DNA of 64,000 bases, from IMG/VR virus record IMGVR_UViG_3300045988_059906. The stretch is one strand, 5' to 3'. A program made the translations under genes and the position numbers. Numbering within the stretch: position 1 is the first letter of the stretch; each line of letters begins with the position of its first letter. Source of the DNA: a virus. A model generated the notes under the pieces. That model did not search any database. It saw nothing but the letters and a program-made list of their open reading frames with translations, and was not told the DNA's origin. This document shows positions 9,681 through 19,519 of this stretch, one piece after another.

Positions 9681-9754
9681 CGGGAAGGGCGAGATTCGAA
9701 CTCGCTGTCTTCTGCTTAACAGGCAGTAGCTTATACCACTTAAGCTTCCTTCCC
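9681..9754 (-). tRNA. tRNA-Asn (GTT), copy 1
   Basis: Acceptor GGGAAGG/CCTTCCC, anticodon loop CTGTTAA, T arm GCGAG-TTCGAAT-CTCGC. Confidence 0.75.
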
Positions 9755-10176
9755 ATTTAAACACCATCTAGCATTATTAAGAAACCTATAATGGCTATCA
9801 TAGAACCAATTATGATTGGAACTCCTATAATATCTCCTAAGTTTACTAGTATTGGCAACAATAGAATCATGCATCCAATTAGAAACATGATAAGTCCTTT
9901 AATAAATCTGTGTGTCATAAAATCTATATATTTCCTACTGACAGGCGGCAGCATGATTATCCATGCGGAATTATCATGCCTGTGGGAGTCATTACATAAG
10001 TCTTAGAGACTTGAATGAAATACCACTTAACTGCTTTCTTAATTAACTTAAATAGTTTCATAATAACTCAGTTTTAGTCAGTAAATTAATAATCTAAAAG
10101 GAAACCACTCTATCTTCACAGACCGAGTGGTCGAATACAATTTGCACTTCAAGTTGCTTAATTAAAGCATTCCTAG

Positions 10177-10248
10177 TGACTCCGCAGGGACTTGAACCCT
10201 GTTCTATAGATTAAAAGTCTATAGCATATCCATACATGCTCCGGAGTC
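10177..10248 (-). tRNA. tRNA-Lys (TTT), copy 1
   Basis: Acceptor GACTCCG/CGGAGTC, anticodon stem ATAGA/TCTAT, loop CTTTTAA. Confidence 0.75.
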
Positions 10249-10341
10249 ATCCTACAGAAGACAGAATTAAATCACACGAATAAATTGGCGGTTGCCAAGT
10301 CATGAAGTGCTGACGTCTTCTTATATTTCACTAAATCGAAG

Positions 10342-10415
10342 AGTGGGCGCTCGGATTCGAACCGAGGAATACAGATTTTGCAGACCTGCCTATTAAGCCA
10401 CTCTAGCACGCCCAC
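10342..10415 (-). tRNA. tRNA-Cys (GCA), type I
   Basis: Acceptor GTGGGCG/CGCCCAC, anticodon stem CAGGT/ATCTG, loop CTGCAAA. Confidence 0.65.
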
Positions 10416-10513
10416 ATGTCAATGGACTAATGTGAGGCGAAAGTGAAACGGTTTAATCATTAAGGTTTTAATGATTGGATCTAGTGAAACTAAACAAACA
10501 TACAAATAAATCG

Positions 10514-10587
10514 TCTGGGTAGCCGGGTACGATCCGACACTCTCTAGCTCCCAAAGCTAGCGGATTAACCTATTCTCCTATACCCAG
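10514..10587 (-). tRNA. tRNA-Pro (TGG), copy 1
   Basis: Acceptor CTGGGTA/TACCCAG, anticodon stem CTAGC/GCTAG, loop TTTGGGA. The T loop ATCGTAC is unusual. Confidence 0.6.
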
Positions 10588-10660
10588 AGTGCGGAAGTCT
10601 AAATATGCTTGACATGGGTTATGCTGTAAGACTTCTTATTATTCATCCAAAATCAAGATG

Positions 10661-10734
10661 TGGGCAAGATAGGACTTGAACCTATGACCCCTACCTTATC
10701 AGAGTAGTGCTCTGACCTACTGAGCTACTTGCCC
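10661..10734 (-). tRNA. tRNA-Ile (GAT)
   Basis: Acceptor GGGCAAG/CTTGCCC, anticodon loop CTGATAA, T arm ATAGG-TTCAAGT-CCTAT. Confidence 0.75.
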
Positions 10735-10874
10735 ATCCACAGAAGACGATACTAATACTAATCACGATAGGAGGTGTGTGCTGACGTCTTCTTAACTAAA
10801 AAAGAAAAACAATACTTTAGTCGAATTAGCGTTACCCGAATCTCACCACGTGGAGGTTTCGACTATGAGATTCT

Positions 10875-10951
10875 TGCGGAGATGGGAGTCGAACCCAATA
10901 TAACTAGCTTATGAGACTAGTATGATTTATATATCCGTTTCATTCCTCCGC
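10875..10951 (-). tRNA. tRNA with CAT anticodon, atypical structure
   Basis: Acceptor GCGGAGG/TCTCCGC and anticodon arm CTAGT-CTCATAA-GCTAG are present. The D region is oversized and the T stem is only 4 bp, so this may be non-functional. Confidence 0.4.
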
Positions 10952-10955
10952 AAAG

Positions 10956-11027
10956 TGCTCCATACAGGATTCAAACCTGTGACACGTAGGTTTAGGGTCT
11001 ACTGTTCTATCGCTGAACTAATGGAGC
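10956..11027 (-). tRNA. tRNA with CTA anticodon (second putative amber suppressor; C33, Arg-like scaffold)
   Basis: Acceptor GCTCCAT/ATGGAGC, anticodon stem GTAGA/CCTAC with A31.C39, loop CCCTAAA (CTA at positions 34-36, which reads UAG), T arm ACAGG-TTTGAAT-CCTGT. The D arm resembles tRNA-Arg(TCT). Confidence 0.5.
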
Positions 11028-11064
11028 GTGTGGCAATGCTTTTAAGGTGCACCGCCAATTCATC

Positions 11065-11385
11065 CTATTCAATAATTTGATTCCACTGTTCAAGTGTAAG
11101 TTCCTTGACTACTACACCATTTAACTCACATGGTTTATACTGATTGCCGCTCTCTTTTACAAGGATTAGCCATTCATAACCATGTTGTAAACTGTAGTCC
11201 TTTATAATCTCCTTAATGGTTTCGATACCAAATGGAGTTAGAATCCTATCTCCTACTTTATAAGTGTAACGGATAGAGGCATTATTAATGTCTTCAGCTA
11301 CAACTTCAAATGGAGTGTTTGCATTCTTAGTAATGACTACATGTTCGTCATTTACACTGATATAGTAATCTCTCTTATAACTCAT
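11065..11385 (-). CDS. hypothetical protein
   Basis: 106-aa ORF. Confidence 0.35.
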   Translation of the reverse strand: MSYKRDYYISVNDEHVVITKNANTPFEVVAEDINNASIRYTYKVGDRILTPFGIETIKEIIKDYSLQHGYEWLILVKESGNQYKPCELNGVVVKELTLEQWNQIIE

Positions 11386-11684
11386 TCTCTTACTAATTTA
11401 AGTTTCTTGAACATACGACCATCATCTTGTAATGCGATTGCTGTTAATTGGTTATTAAGGTCTGGTTCACGGAATGTAGAGTAATCCTTATTAGTAAGGT
11501 CTAATCTAACTCTCCATTTATCCAAGTCAGCATATAAGTAGATTAAGTAGTTATTGTTCCAATTCTGATTAGGATGTTCCAATAACCACTGTGCTACTGC
11601 ATGACCACCTTGTACACAACCATAAACTACATCAAGCTTCTGGTCTATCAGCACATACAGTCTCTTCATCAGAATATGCATCAA
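11382..11684 (-). CDS. hypothetical protein (weak peptidyl-tRNA hydrolase PTH2-like pattern)
   Basis: The GCVQGGHAVAQ motif loosely recalls GKxAAQCSHA of PTH2. This is a weak match. Confidence 0.25.
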   Translation of the reverse strand: MMHILMKRLYVLIDQKLDVVYGCVQGGHAVAQWLLEHPNQNWNNNYLIYLYADLDKWRVRLDLTNKDYSTFREPDLNNQLTAIALQDDGRMFKKLKLVRE

Positions 11685-11979
11685 TTAGTGAATCAACTCT
11701 ACTCACAAAGTATTTCCATGTTTCCTTTGAGTAATCTCCACCGGAGCAACCATACCAGCCGTTGAATTTTAATTTCTTCCAAGAATCTAATACTTGCTTG
11801 TAGTAAGCTTCTTGTGCATCCCCAACCAGTTTATGTTTTAGAATGTAATAAGCTACATACATTGCATGTAATAAACCTCTGTTACGATATACTTCTGATT
11901 GATGATTAATTCTTTTAGCGACCTTCTGTGCTTTTACTAATTCGCTAATTTCTCTTTTAAAATCGTTAATTGTTGCCAT
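11632..11979 (-). CDS. hypothetical protein
   Basis: 115-aa ORF. Confidence 0.3.
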   Translation of the reverse strand: MATINDFKREISELVKAQKVAKRINHQSEVYRNRGLLHAMYVAYYILKHKLVGDAQEAYYKQVLDSWKKLKFNGWYGCSGGDYSKETWKYFVSRVDSLIDAYSDEETVCADRPEA

Positions 11980-12068
11980 AATAATTAGTTGTTAATAAGT
12001 TAATAAAATTGTAATTTCTAAATAACAGACTAACTGTTATGGTGGTTTGTAAGAAATCTACCGCATAA

Positions 12069-12353
12069 TCATTTCCTTTTAAATTGTTTGCACATGTTAA
12101 TAAACTCATCTTCCGATTCGCATATAATCGGATTTATTTCCTTAATAAAATCCTCCTGATAAGCTTCTTTGGACAAATCATCTATCCCATCAGGGTAAAC
12201 ACCATGCACGTCATAAGCCATATTGGATTCCCAACAACAGAGCCAATCAGCTTCTTTAAACGATGAACATATACATACACTTATTCCAGATTGCTCTAAC
12301 CTTTGTCTAAGTTCTGGAGTATTACTTTTAATAATACAGCATTTACTCATCAC
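12069..12353 (-). CDS. hypothetical protein
   Basis: 94-aa ORF. Confidence 0.3.
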   Translation of the reverse strand: MMSKCCIIKSNTPELRQRLEQSGISVCICSSFKEADWLCCWESNMAYDVHGVYPDGIDDLSKEAYQEDFIKEINPIICESEDEFINMCKQFKRK

Positions 12354-12727
12354 TCACTTTCACTGACGAATGGAGTCCAACTAAGACTAAGTGACTCTAC
12401 TGTGTTATTGTCACTAATGGCAGTGGCTCTAGCAGTAAAACCTCCATGACCGACATTATATGCAAATACATCAGAAGTGTCGTCTAAGCGTTTATAAAAT
12501 TCCGGATCAAGTAATATGTCAATAACACTCTCTGCTGTCTCTCTCAACAATTTAGCAGTCAGGAATTTACCATTCCATGATACTGAAGCTGCTATAGGCG
12601 AGGAGGCCAACTTATGGAAATCACAAGGCTGATTGACATCTATGTATAGATTATATATTTCCAATATCCTCTCGAAATCCATACCGTCTAAACATTCATT
12701 TTTAATCTTTTCACTTACACTGTTCAT
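12350..12727 (-). CDS. hypothetical protein
   Basis: 125-aa ORF. Confidence 0.3.
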   Translation of the reverse strand: MNSVSEKIKNECLDGMDFERILEIYNLYIDVNQPCDFHKLASSPIAASVSWNGKFLTAKLLRETAESVIDILLDPEFYKRLDDTSDVFAYNVGHGGFTARATAISDNNTVESLSLSWTPFVSESE

Positions 12728-12749
12728 AATACTTCAAATTTAAAACGAG

Positions 12750-12821
12750 AGCGGGATAACAGAATCGAACTGTCATCTTCAGCTTGGAAGGCTGTTATAA
12801 TAACCATTATACGAATCCCGC
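12750..12821 (-). tRNA. tRNA-Gly (TCC), copy 1
   Basis: Acceptor GCGGGAT/ATCCCGC, anticodon loop CTTCCAA, T arm GACAG-TTCGATT-CTGTT. Confidence 0.7.
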
Positions 12822-12909
12822 AGTTTACTTCTACTATTCTCACGAACCATAGAAGGGTTTGCTGAGCGAATGCTCAACAGATGTTGTATTTAATTATCGC
12901 AGTGTGGGG

Positions 12910-12993
12910 TGGGCCCGGGAGGACTCGAACCTCCAGTCCAATTAAGGAGTAGATTTACAGTCTACGCGGCTACCAATTACCGGTTACGTGCCC
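12910..12993 (-). tRNA. tRNA-Tyr (GTA), type II, copy 1
   Basis: Anticodon stem GTAGA/TCTAC, loop CTGTAAA, long variable arm, T arm GGAGG-TTCGAGT-CCTCC, 84 nt. The acceptor has one A.G mismatch. Confidence 0.65.
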
Positions 12994-13144
12994 AAATCAC
13001 ACAATCCATATTAACTGATGAATTGTGAGTGCAAAGATAAGTAATCCTTCTCACATATAAAAGTTAATATGTATTAAATACAACATGGGGAAATTTAATT
13101 GGATATAGACTTACTATCTTCACAGACTGTAAGCCTTTATGACC

Positions 13145-13205
13145 ATTTCCAATAGTTGCTGTTTTAAGTAGTAATGGCAATGACACAGATGCAACTATCG
13201 GAAAT
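13145..13205. repeat. 15-bp inverted repeat hairpin in the intergenic region
   Basis: atttccaatagttgc and gcaactatcggaaat are complementary with one mismatch and are separated by a 31-nt loop. Confidence 0.5.
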
Positions 13206-13359
13206 TCTTTATGAGTAATTTAAAACTACAGTAATAATAGTCAGCTAGGTGGGATTCGAACCCACATCATTCAAATAAATCCCATCTAATAGATTAGATA
13301 TGTAATTAGACTGTCTTTGATTTGTAATGCACTTCTAATTACATAAGGAATTTAATCTT

Positions 13360-15078
13360 CTAGCCTTGTTGAGTGGACACAGTGCGCTTATTATAAATTG
13401 GCTTCTCAGCCTTTGCAGGCTTACTCTGCACGCTTGCATTCTTTCTCGGTGTGTCCTTCTCTAACACCATCATATTCAAGAGTTCTTGATTCATCATGTA
13501 ATCGAACAACTCTTTAGGCGTACTAGGATTCTGGAATCTCTTCTCTCCGGTTATAAATCCAGCAGTGGACTGACTTAATCCGTTAACAAAGAAACAGTTA
13601 GAAACATTGCGAATCAATTCAACTTTAGACTTAGTCTGTTTAGAGGCTAAATGCCAAATAATTAATTTAAACTGTTTAACAAACTCTTTGCTAAATCCAG
13701 CTTTTAAGAGTTTAGATTTAAATTCAATGAATTGTTCACTGGTGTTTCTTAAATGTCCCAATGCTCCGCTAATTACCAAACAGCCATTTGGAAATTCACC
13801 TTCCCGAATTCCTCCAGATTTAATAGATATAAGCATATCTGCAATCATAGACAGAGTTGGACTAGTTACTAAGGCTTCCTCAGTATCTGAAATCCACTTA
13901 TTAGTAGGAGTTGTACCTTCCCACTTACGTAAATCACATCTATTGTTGGCAAATACACCATACATGCCAGAGAACGCTACAGGCATTAATTCGGAATGAT
14001 ACATAGCATAAGCCTTACCAACACTATAAGCAGAAGTTTCAGTAGCTTCTATCTCAGAATAAGCAGAATTACTAATGTCTCTAATTACTAATAGTGGTGA
14101 TACTTTCTTTAGCTTAGCATTCTTCACGAATGTATTAAAACTAACATCTATAGAAGAACCCATGAATTCTGGTACGAACTCTGCAATTTTATCAAGTCCA
14201 AATGGCTTAAATAAATTATGCACAAATCCGTCATTACAGGGCTTTCTACGAGTCTTCAGCCATTTCTGATACTTCTCTGCAAGACCTTGTTGTTTGAGGA
14301 ATTTAGAGCCTACTAGCAGTGCTAGAGCCTTTCCTGGAACTGTATCAAAGTCAATGTCGAGTAATTTCTTATGGCTTATTAATTGCTGCCATTTCATAAC
14401 TGTACCGCTGTTCTTCATCTTTCTATACTTACGATAAGATGAATAGTCTCCTTCCTCTTTCGGTTTACCATAAAGGCCTTCAGCTAGATATTTAGCAACT
14501 ATGTTACGGGCTTTCGCCTCGTCTGTCTTACATATAGTATTAGCTCGAACTCTAGGAAGATACTTCTTTACTAAGTCACATGTTTGCCCTTCTACTAAAC
14601 CAGCATAAATAGTCTTTCTAAAGAAATCCCAATCTAGTCTATGCTTGTATCCATGTAATTGAGCATCCATTACTAACATATTAATAAAGTCCTTCCAGCA
14701 TCCTGCTGCCGCAAAGTAAGGCATATTGGCATGGAATGTAGATTTATGATATGTTGCCAACCACATCATTCTTAATAAACCTTCATTCTTTAGACCACCT
14801 CCTCGCTGTGTGTCTAAGTAAATAACTCCATTAGGAGTAACTACTCTACATTTACGTGTAATAAGTCTTACATAGGCAGTAAATTTGACACACAGCTTTG
14901 GATTGGCCTTCCACAGTTCATACATATCTTGACTAACGTCTTCATAAGAACGTGGTTCAAGATAGTGCGCAAGGTTTACGAATTGGTCCACAAATACTTT
15001 AGTAGGATTTGTATACCTTCGTCCCCCACCTTGAGAGGGCTTAGAGCAAGCCTTTTTAGGCCTTTCATTCATTTCCAT
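13360..15078 (-). CDS. large protein with a C-terminal vWA-like MIDAS motif; possibly TROVE/Ro60-like
   Basis: 572 aa. A helical N-terminal region of about 330 aa is followed by LLVIRDISNSAYS (a DxSxS MIDAS motif). The identity is uncertain. Confidence 0.3.
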   Translation of the reverse strand: MEMNERPKKACSKPSQGGGRRYTNPTKVFVDQFVNLAHYLEPRSYEDVSQDMYELWKANPKLCVKFTAYVRLITRKCRVVTPNGVIYLDTQRGGGLKNEGLLRMMWLATYHKSTFHANMPYFAAAGCWKDFINMLVMDAQLHGYKHRLDWDFFRKTIYAGLVEGQTCDLVKKYLPRVRANTICKTDEAKARNIVAKYLAEGLYGKPKEEGDYSSYRKYRKMKNSGTVMKWQQLISHKKLLDIDFDTVPGKALALLVGSKFLKQQGLAEKYQKWLKTRRKPCNDGFVHNLFKPFGLDKIAEFVPEFMGSSIDVSFNTFVKNAKLKKVSPLLVIRDISNSAYSEIEATETSAYSVGKAYAMYHSELMPVAFSGMYGVFANNRCDLRKWEGTTPTNKWISDTEEALVTSPTLSMIADMLISIKSGGIREGEFPNGCLVISGALGHLRNTSEQFIEFKSKLLKAGFSKEFVKQFKLIIWHLASKQTKSKVELIRNVSNCFFVNGLSQSTAGFITGEKRFQNPSTPKELFDYMMNQELLNMMVLEKDTPRKNASVQSKPAKAEKPIYNKRTVSTQQG

Positions 15079-15276
15079 CTTGTAAAATTAAATTAGCAGG
15101 TTAATCTGAGAGTTCTTTATTCTAATTGATAAAATGGGACACATAGACATTGAGCCAGCTTAATACAACTCGCTACTTACACACTACATGCCCCATATCA
15201 AATGAGGAAAGAGGTTCACTTGATGACCTATCTACGTGCTGATTATAACGTAGACCGTGCAGATTCTCTCTCACAC

Positions 15277-15339
15277 AATACTATGATGGACTCAAACCAT
15301 CTCCACCCCTAGGTGAACTTTCCGTTATTCGAATAGTAC
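15277..15339 (-). ncRNA. incomplete tRNA-like structure lacking an anticodon arm
   Basis: Acceptor-like GTACTAT/ATAGTAT, D arm GAAT-AACGGAAA-GTTC and T arm GATGG-TTTGAGT-CCATC are present. Only 13 nt occupy the position of the 17-nt anticodon arm. Confidence 0.3.
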
Positions 15340-15439
15340 AGGTTTCAACTCTTTATAACGCCTTTAAGTCAAAGTATACTCCGGAATATACTCTTAGTTC
15401 ATCAGACCAAGTTTGCGCTTAGAATTATCTAAGATTAAG

Positions 15440-16138
15440 TTACCCTATTAAATATGCAATTTGCAAATCTACGGACGTTCCGTTGTCTTCTAGAGTAACC
15501 GTTGTGGATATTGTTTCCAGTTGACCATTATTAACGATAGCACTTCTAATCTCATGTGGAGACTCAATGTGCAAATAGCCTTTACCGTCCCAAGCAGGTA
15601 TATAACCTCCTCTCAAGATATTCTTGGAGGGAATGCTCTTATAGTAGAAGTCAGCTGTTCTATAATGTGCGAATGATACAGTGATTGGAACATCAGAAAG
15701 GTTGCCTATAGTAAAACCTCCCAATACAGTTGCCAATTTAGTAACCTTCTCAACATAAGAAGTTCTGCCAACTACTTGCAAAGAAATCTTCAAGCCTGGA
15801 GCGTAAAACTGCTTAACTCTGGAATTAATATCCTTTAGTGTTTGAAGTGATTGCAGTTCTGAGATGTCAATATAATCCTTCTCAGATTCTTCATCGCCAA
15901 ATACACAAGCTACCGAGATTGGCAGGCTTTCATTTATAAAGTCTGTAATCCTAGCAATTGCTTTGGTTGTGATTGGCTCATTTCCCATTCTAATTCTATT
16001 CGTAGCATATAAGATATGCGCTACAATATCTTGTAAGGGAAGTGATTGATTCTCTTTAGCGAAATTGCTGTCCATATCATATAGATACTGACAGATGTGC
16101 ACCCCAAATTGGGATTGACTACTAATTGTTAATTTCAT
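15440..16138 (-). CDS. hypothetical protein
   Basis: 232-aa ORF. Confidence 0.4.
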   Translation of the reverse strand: MKLTISSQSQFGVHICQYLYDMDSNFAKENQSLPLQDIVAHILYATNRIRMGNEPITTKAIARITDFINESLPISVACVFGDEESEKDYIDISELQSLQTLKDINSRVKQFYAPGLKISLQVVGRTSYVEKVTKLATVLGGFTIGNLSDVPITVSFAHYRTADFYYKSIPSKNILRGGYIPAWDGKGYLHIESPHEIRSAIVNNGQLETISTTVTLEDNGTSVDLQIAYLIG

Positions 16139-16935
16139 AAACTTGCTATCTTCATATACATATTAAACCATGCTTCAGTAGTGTCCTTGGGCTCTTCCCA
16201 AGTTGCAGCTCTTCTTTTAAGTCTTACTATGAACTTAGTAAAAGGAATGCCAAGTCTTGTACGTGCTTTCATCCAACCAGTACTGTGGTCTCTAGCATAT
16301 ACAGATTGAGTTCCTAATACTTCTGAGATTAATGACAATTCATCCATCATAGCCTCTCCTAATTCTAACTGAGTTTCGTTAATTAATAACTTACCGTTGG
16401 AGAATGCAGTATTTAAAGATGCTCTTGTCCTACCTCCAGAAAGAAGACTTAAGCCAGCTTGTACCATATACTCACCATTACGAATAAATATAGATGGATA
16501 TTTATCCATAAACTGTTTTAGTATCATATACGGTTCTTTCTTCTCATATACATAAGACATAAGTTTGTCATGTGCCTTCCATCTATTCTGAGTATTATTA
16601 ATGAGACGGGCAGTTTCTAATGCAGATTCGTCGGCATAGAAGTATACTCTTAACGTAAATGGAATATTCCTTTTAAGACATTCCAAAGCAGCTGCAAGTC
16701 TGTGATTACCTTCAGTTACAAATCTGAAAGGAGTTGATACTAGAATAGGAGGAATATAATCCTTGTTTTGATAAGCTTTTACTAAGTCCTCAACCTTCTT
16801 AGGTTTGATTTCTCTGTTTCCGGGTAAGAACCTCAAAGCCTGGATAACCTTTCGGTTATCATTAGTAAGAACATAAACGTTCTCTGTGGTAACTCCATTT
16901 AGAAGTTTACCAAAATCAATGTTACCTCTTTCCAT
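16135..16935 (-). CDS. ParB-like nuclease domain protein
   Basis: The GNHRLAAA motif is preceded by PILVSTPFRFVTE, as in ParB/sulfiredoxin N-terminal domains. Confidence 0.45.
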   Translation of the reverse strand: MERGNIDFGKLLNGVTTENVYVLTNDNRKVIQALRFLPGNREIKPKKVEDLVKAYQNKDYIPPILVSTPFRFVTEGNHRLAAALECLKRNIPFTLRVYFYADESALETARLINNTQNRWKAHDKLMSYVYEKKEPYMILKQFMDKYPSIFIRNGEYMVQAGLSLLSGGRTRASLNTAFSNGKLLINETQLELGEAMMDELSLISEVLGTQSVYARDHSTGWMKARTRLGIPFTKFIVRLKRRAATWEEPKDTTEAWFNMYMKIASL

Positions 16936-17598
16936 GTCAAAGTGATTTAATTAGTTAATAAGTGGACCATCGCGGACTCGAACCGCGGTCTTCACAACTC
17001 TAAATAATAAGATTACGTGTGTCTCTATTTTATTACATCAGCTGTTGAGTTCAGCATGTAGACAGTTTTATTAGTCTTATCCTGGAACCAGGTGATTAGG
17101 CTGCAATAGCCAAACCAGTACGCCAAAAGCTAATTTACAAACTACCAAACTTAAAGGTTCAGAAGCTGACGCTTCCAAACCTGGGCTGACCGAAGTCGTC
17201 CTTCCACCACTCCATTTACGTTGGAGAACGTCTATTTGTAGCCCATAGATAGGCAGTGGAGATTTCAGCTCTACTAACCTTTGGCTTTCAAGTTAATGCA
17301 TCTAAGCTTCACTGTAACCTGTAGGTACTATGATTCTTCCCTGAAGGTCTCGTTATAACACTTAGATACAAACCTCTTCTGTTTCTAGGTCTCTCCAGTA
17401 ACCCGACTTGATTAATAGTGTCTATTAATAAGCCAGCAGCTTAGGCTGCCATTCTTACAGGTGCAATTTCTGCAGTTATTTGTTTTCTTCGTTTAAAGAG
17501 ATTGCGCTCTACACGTCCTTATAATTCGTAATCGCCTGTCAAATCCAAGTAGGCCCATGTTCCAGTTTATCTCTGATTAGAAAACTGGAGAAAAGAAA

Positions 17599-17856
17599 TT
17601 ATAGCATTATAGTTGAGCCAGGAGGCAAAATTGTGACCTTACAAGTAAGCAAACGACGCGTATCCTCAACAGTAAACAGCTTAGGATAGCATAGACCGCT
17701 ACGCCCACCAATGATAATTAAAGCATCTCCGTACCTCTGAACTATAGTTCCAGGCTCCATTTCCTCGTCACAGAACCAATTTACAATCTCAGCTACATCT
17801 CCATCTTTCATATTTGTAAGATGTGTTGTGATTGTCTTATTAATTACTTTTGCCAT
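17599..17856 (-). CDS. hypothetical protein
   Basis: 85-aa ORF. Confidence 0.3.
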   Translation of the reverse strand: MAKVINKTITTHLTNMKDGDVAEIVNWFCDEEMEPGTIVQRYGDALIIIGGRSGLCYPKLFTVEDTRRLLTCKVTILPPGSTIML

Positions 17857-18418
17857 GTAAACACTGTTTTAATATTTCCTTAGTAACTACTCTATCAGCT
17901 TCTCTAGATAGCTTATCCAACTTTTCTAAGTCAAACTCGCTAGACTGGAACTTAAATTGAATCCAAGTTGGTTCACTAGGTCTATAGTCTAAATAAGTCT
18001 CACACTTATCAGTTCCCAAAACCTCATGCACCATAGCTAATATACGTTCACCAGCAGCTTTAGTTTTTACGAATCCAGATAAATCATATCCAACACCTCT
18101 AGAACTCCAGTATTCTCCTTCCTCTGGACGAATGTCTTTTGGTTCCCAATGCCAGGCAGAAACACCGGACCTAGGATGAGCAATACGATGAGCATACTCC
18201 ATTACAGATTCCGAATTTGGATCAGAAGGATTCTCTGGATGAGAGCCATATTGCACTATGCCTTTTCCGTTATCACTTCTTATTTCGAATGTTAGTTTAC
18301 AATGTCTGCAAGTTCCAGAGGTAACTCCTCCGCAAGAGAAACAACCACTGGTCACAGAATCACATCCACAATTAGGACAACCCCATTCCTTAAATTCTGA
18401 GAATAATATAGATAACAT
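17840..18418 (-). CDS. zinc-ribbon protein
   Basis: CPNCGC...CFSCGG...CRHC cysteine clusters. Confidence 0.4.
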   Translation of the reverse strand: MLSILFSEFKEWGCPNCGCDSVTSGCFSCGGVTSGTCRHCKLTFEIRSDNGKGIVQYGSHPENPSDPNSESVMEYAHRIAHPRSGVSAWHWEPKDIRPEEGEYWSSRGVGYDLSGFVKTKAAGERILAMVHEVLGTDKCETYLDYRPSEPTWIQFKFQSSEFDLEKLDKLSREADRVVTKEILKQCLHGKSN

Positions 18419-18711
18419 TAGTAATTAGGTTTAAATTCTACTTCCTTTAATACAACATACATCTTACCATCCTTCTGTTCTATACAACCATTGGCCTGTA
18501 GAAAATTAATTATAAAGTCCATAGGAATGTGGTAATTGTCAGTTACAAGCATACTGCCATCAATATGATAGCGTTCTTTTCTCTCTAATCTAGTGGGATT
18601 ACCATTTATAGTAATCTCACCAGAACATTCATTATCCTTATCTGGTTTAATTCCCTTTATGTAAATAGAATAACCAGCTTCAGCTAAATAAACTTGTTGT
18701 ATTACACTCAT
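18418..18711 (-). CDS. hypothetical protein
   Basis: 97-aa ORF. Confidence 0.3.
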   Translation of the reverse strand: MSVIQQVYLAEAGYSIYIKGIKPDKDNECSGEITINGNPTRLERKERYHIDGSMLVTDNYHIPMDFIINFLQANGCIEQKDGKMYVVLKEVEFKPNY

Positions 18712-19133
18712 AGTTTTGGAACATCAGAACGGTTATCATGATAGCCCTCGTCCCCAACAAGTTGGGCTAAACAACCGTGCATATAAGGAACAAGTTCGGG
18801 TTTCTCCTTATAACACCTGTATAGCATCCAACTCATGCTCATAGAGTTTCCACTATGTCCTTTGTCGTAGTACGGAAGTTTGTCTTTGATAGCCTCAATC
18901 AGCTCAAATAAGCTAGGATATTTCTCATAGAAGGCTTTACATTCCTCCAGACTCATTTCTTTGAAAAACTCAGAAAATGATAGAGCTTGCTTTATACAAG
19001 CCATTTCATAATCGAATAGGTCATTTTCTTCAAATGTACCATTACCAGCTTCAATGAATAAACGATTGAAACGTTCAATTCTCTCCTGAAATTCTTTCGG
19101 AAGAGATTCCTTCGTAAGATTCTTGAAATCCAT
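18708..19133 (-). CDS. hypothetical protein
   Basis: 141-aa ORF. Confidence 0.35.
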   Translation of the reverse strand: MDFKNLTKESLPKEFQERIERFNRLFIEAGNGTFEENDLFDYEMACIKQALSFSEFFKEMSLEECKAFYEKYPSLFELIEAIKDKLPYYDKGHSGNSMSMSWMLYRCYKEKPELVPYMHGCLAQLVGDEGYHDNRSDVPKL

Positions 19134-19163
19134 AATCTAATTTTAATTGTTAAAAATAACTTA

Positions 19164-19236
19164 GTAGCGGGAGTCGGATTCGAACCGACGACCTTCAGGT
19201 TATGAGCCTGACTAGCTACCTCTGCTATCATCCCGC
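19164..19236 (-). tRNA. initiator tRNA-fMet (CAT)
   Basis: Unpaired C1.U72, acceptor CGCGGGA/TCCCGCT, and an anticodon/T-arm region (AGGCTCATAACCTGAAGGTCGTCGGTTCGAATCC) close to bacterial tRNA-fMet. Confidence 0.65.
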
Positions 19237-19240
19237 GATA

Positions 19241-19426
19241 TTACAAATGCTTTTTAATTAGTTTACAATGATTATACTCTCCTCCCCATCTAATAGGAAA
19301 CTCTTTTTCCTTAGCCTCTTTATACTTCTCTGCCTGTTTCTTGTCTAAAAAGATTTGGCAATCAGTTTCATAATTTTGAGGAGCATTAGCTGGGTGATAA
19401 TTTACTACAACTACATATACTTTCAT
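19241..19426 (-). CDS. hypothetical small protein
   Basis: 61-aa ORF. Confidence 0.25.
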   Translation of the reverse strand: MKVYVVVVNYHPANAPQNYETDCQIFLDKKQAEKYKEAKEKEFPIRWGGEYNHCKLIKKHL

Positions 19427-19446
19427 AATTTTTTAAATAAAGTTTG

Positions 19447-19519
19447 TGGACACGCAGGGACTCGAACCCTATCTTCCGGTGTGCAAAACCAGCGCTCTAG
19501 CCATTTGAGCTAACGGCCC
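19447..19519 (-). tRNA. tRNA-Ala (TGC)-like with imperfect acceptor stem
   Basis: Canonical D arm, anticodon stem CTGGT/ACCGG, loop TTTGCAC, and G3.U70. The lower half of the acceptor is mismatched. Confidence 0.45.

Noticed and set aside
13241-13275. Treating the orphan T arm plus acceptor segments (13241, 16964) as phage att sites from integration into a tRNA gene
   Set aside because: No integrase gene or direct-repeat partner is visible in the window. They are kept only as tRNA-like fragments of unknown function.
18992-19231. ORF-track minus-strand ORF (79 aa) containing SNPTPATK
   Set aside because: It lies entirely within the initiator tRNA-fMet gene and its flank. The peptide is a translation of tRNA sequence.
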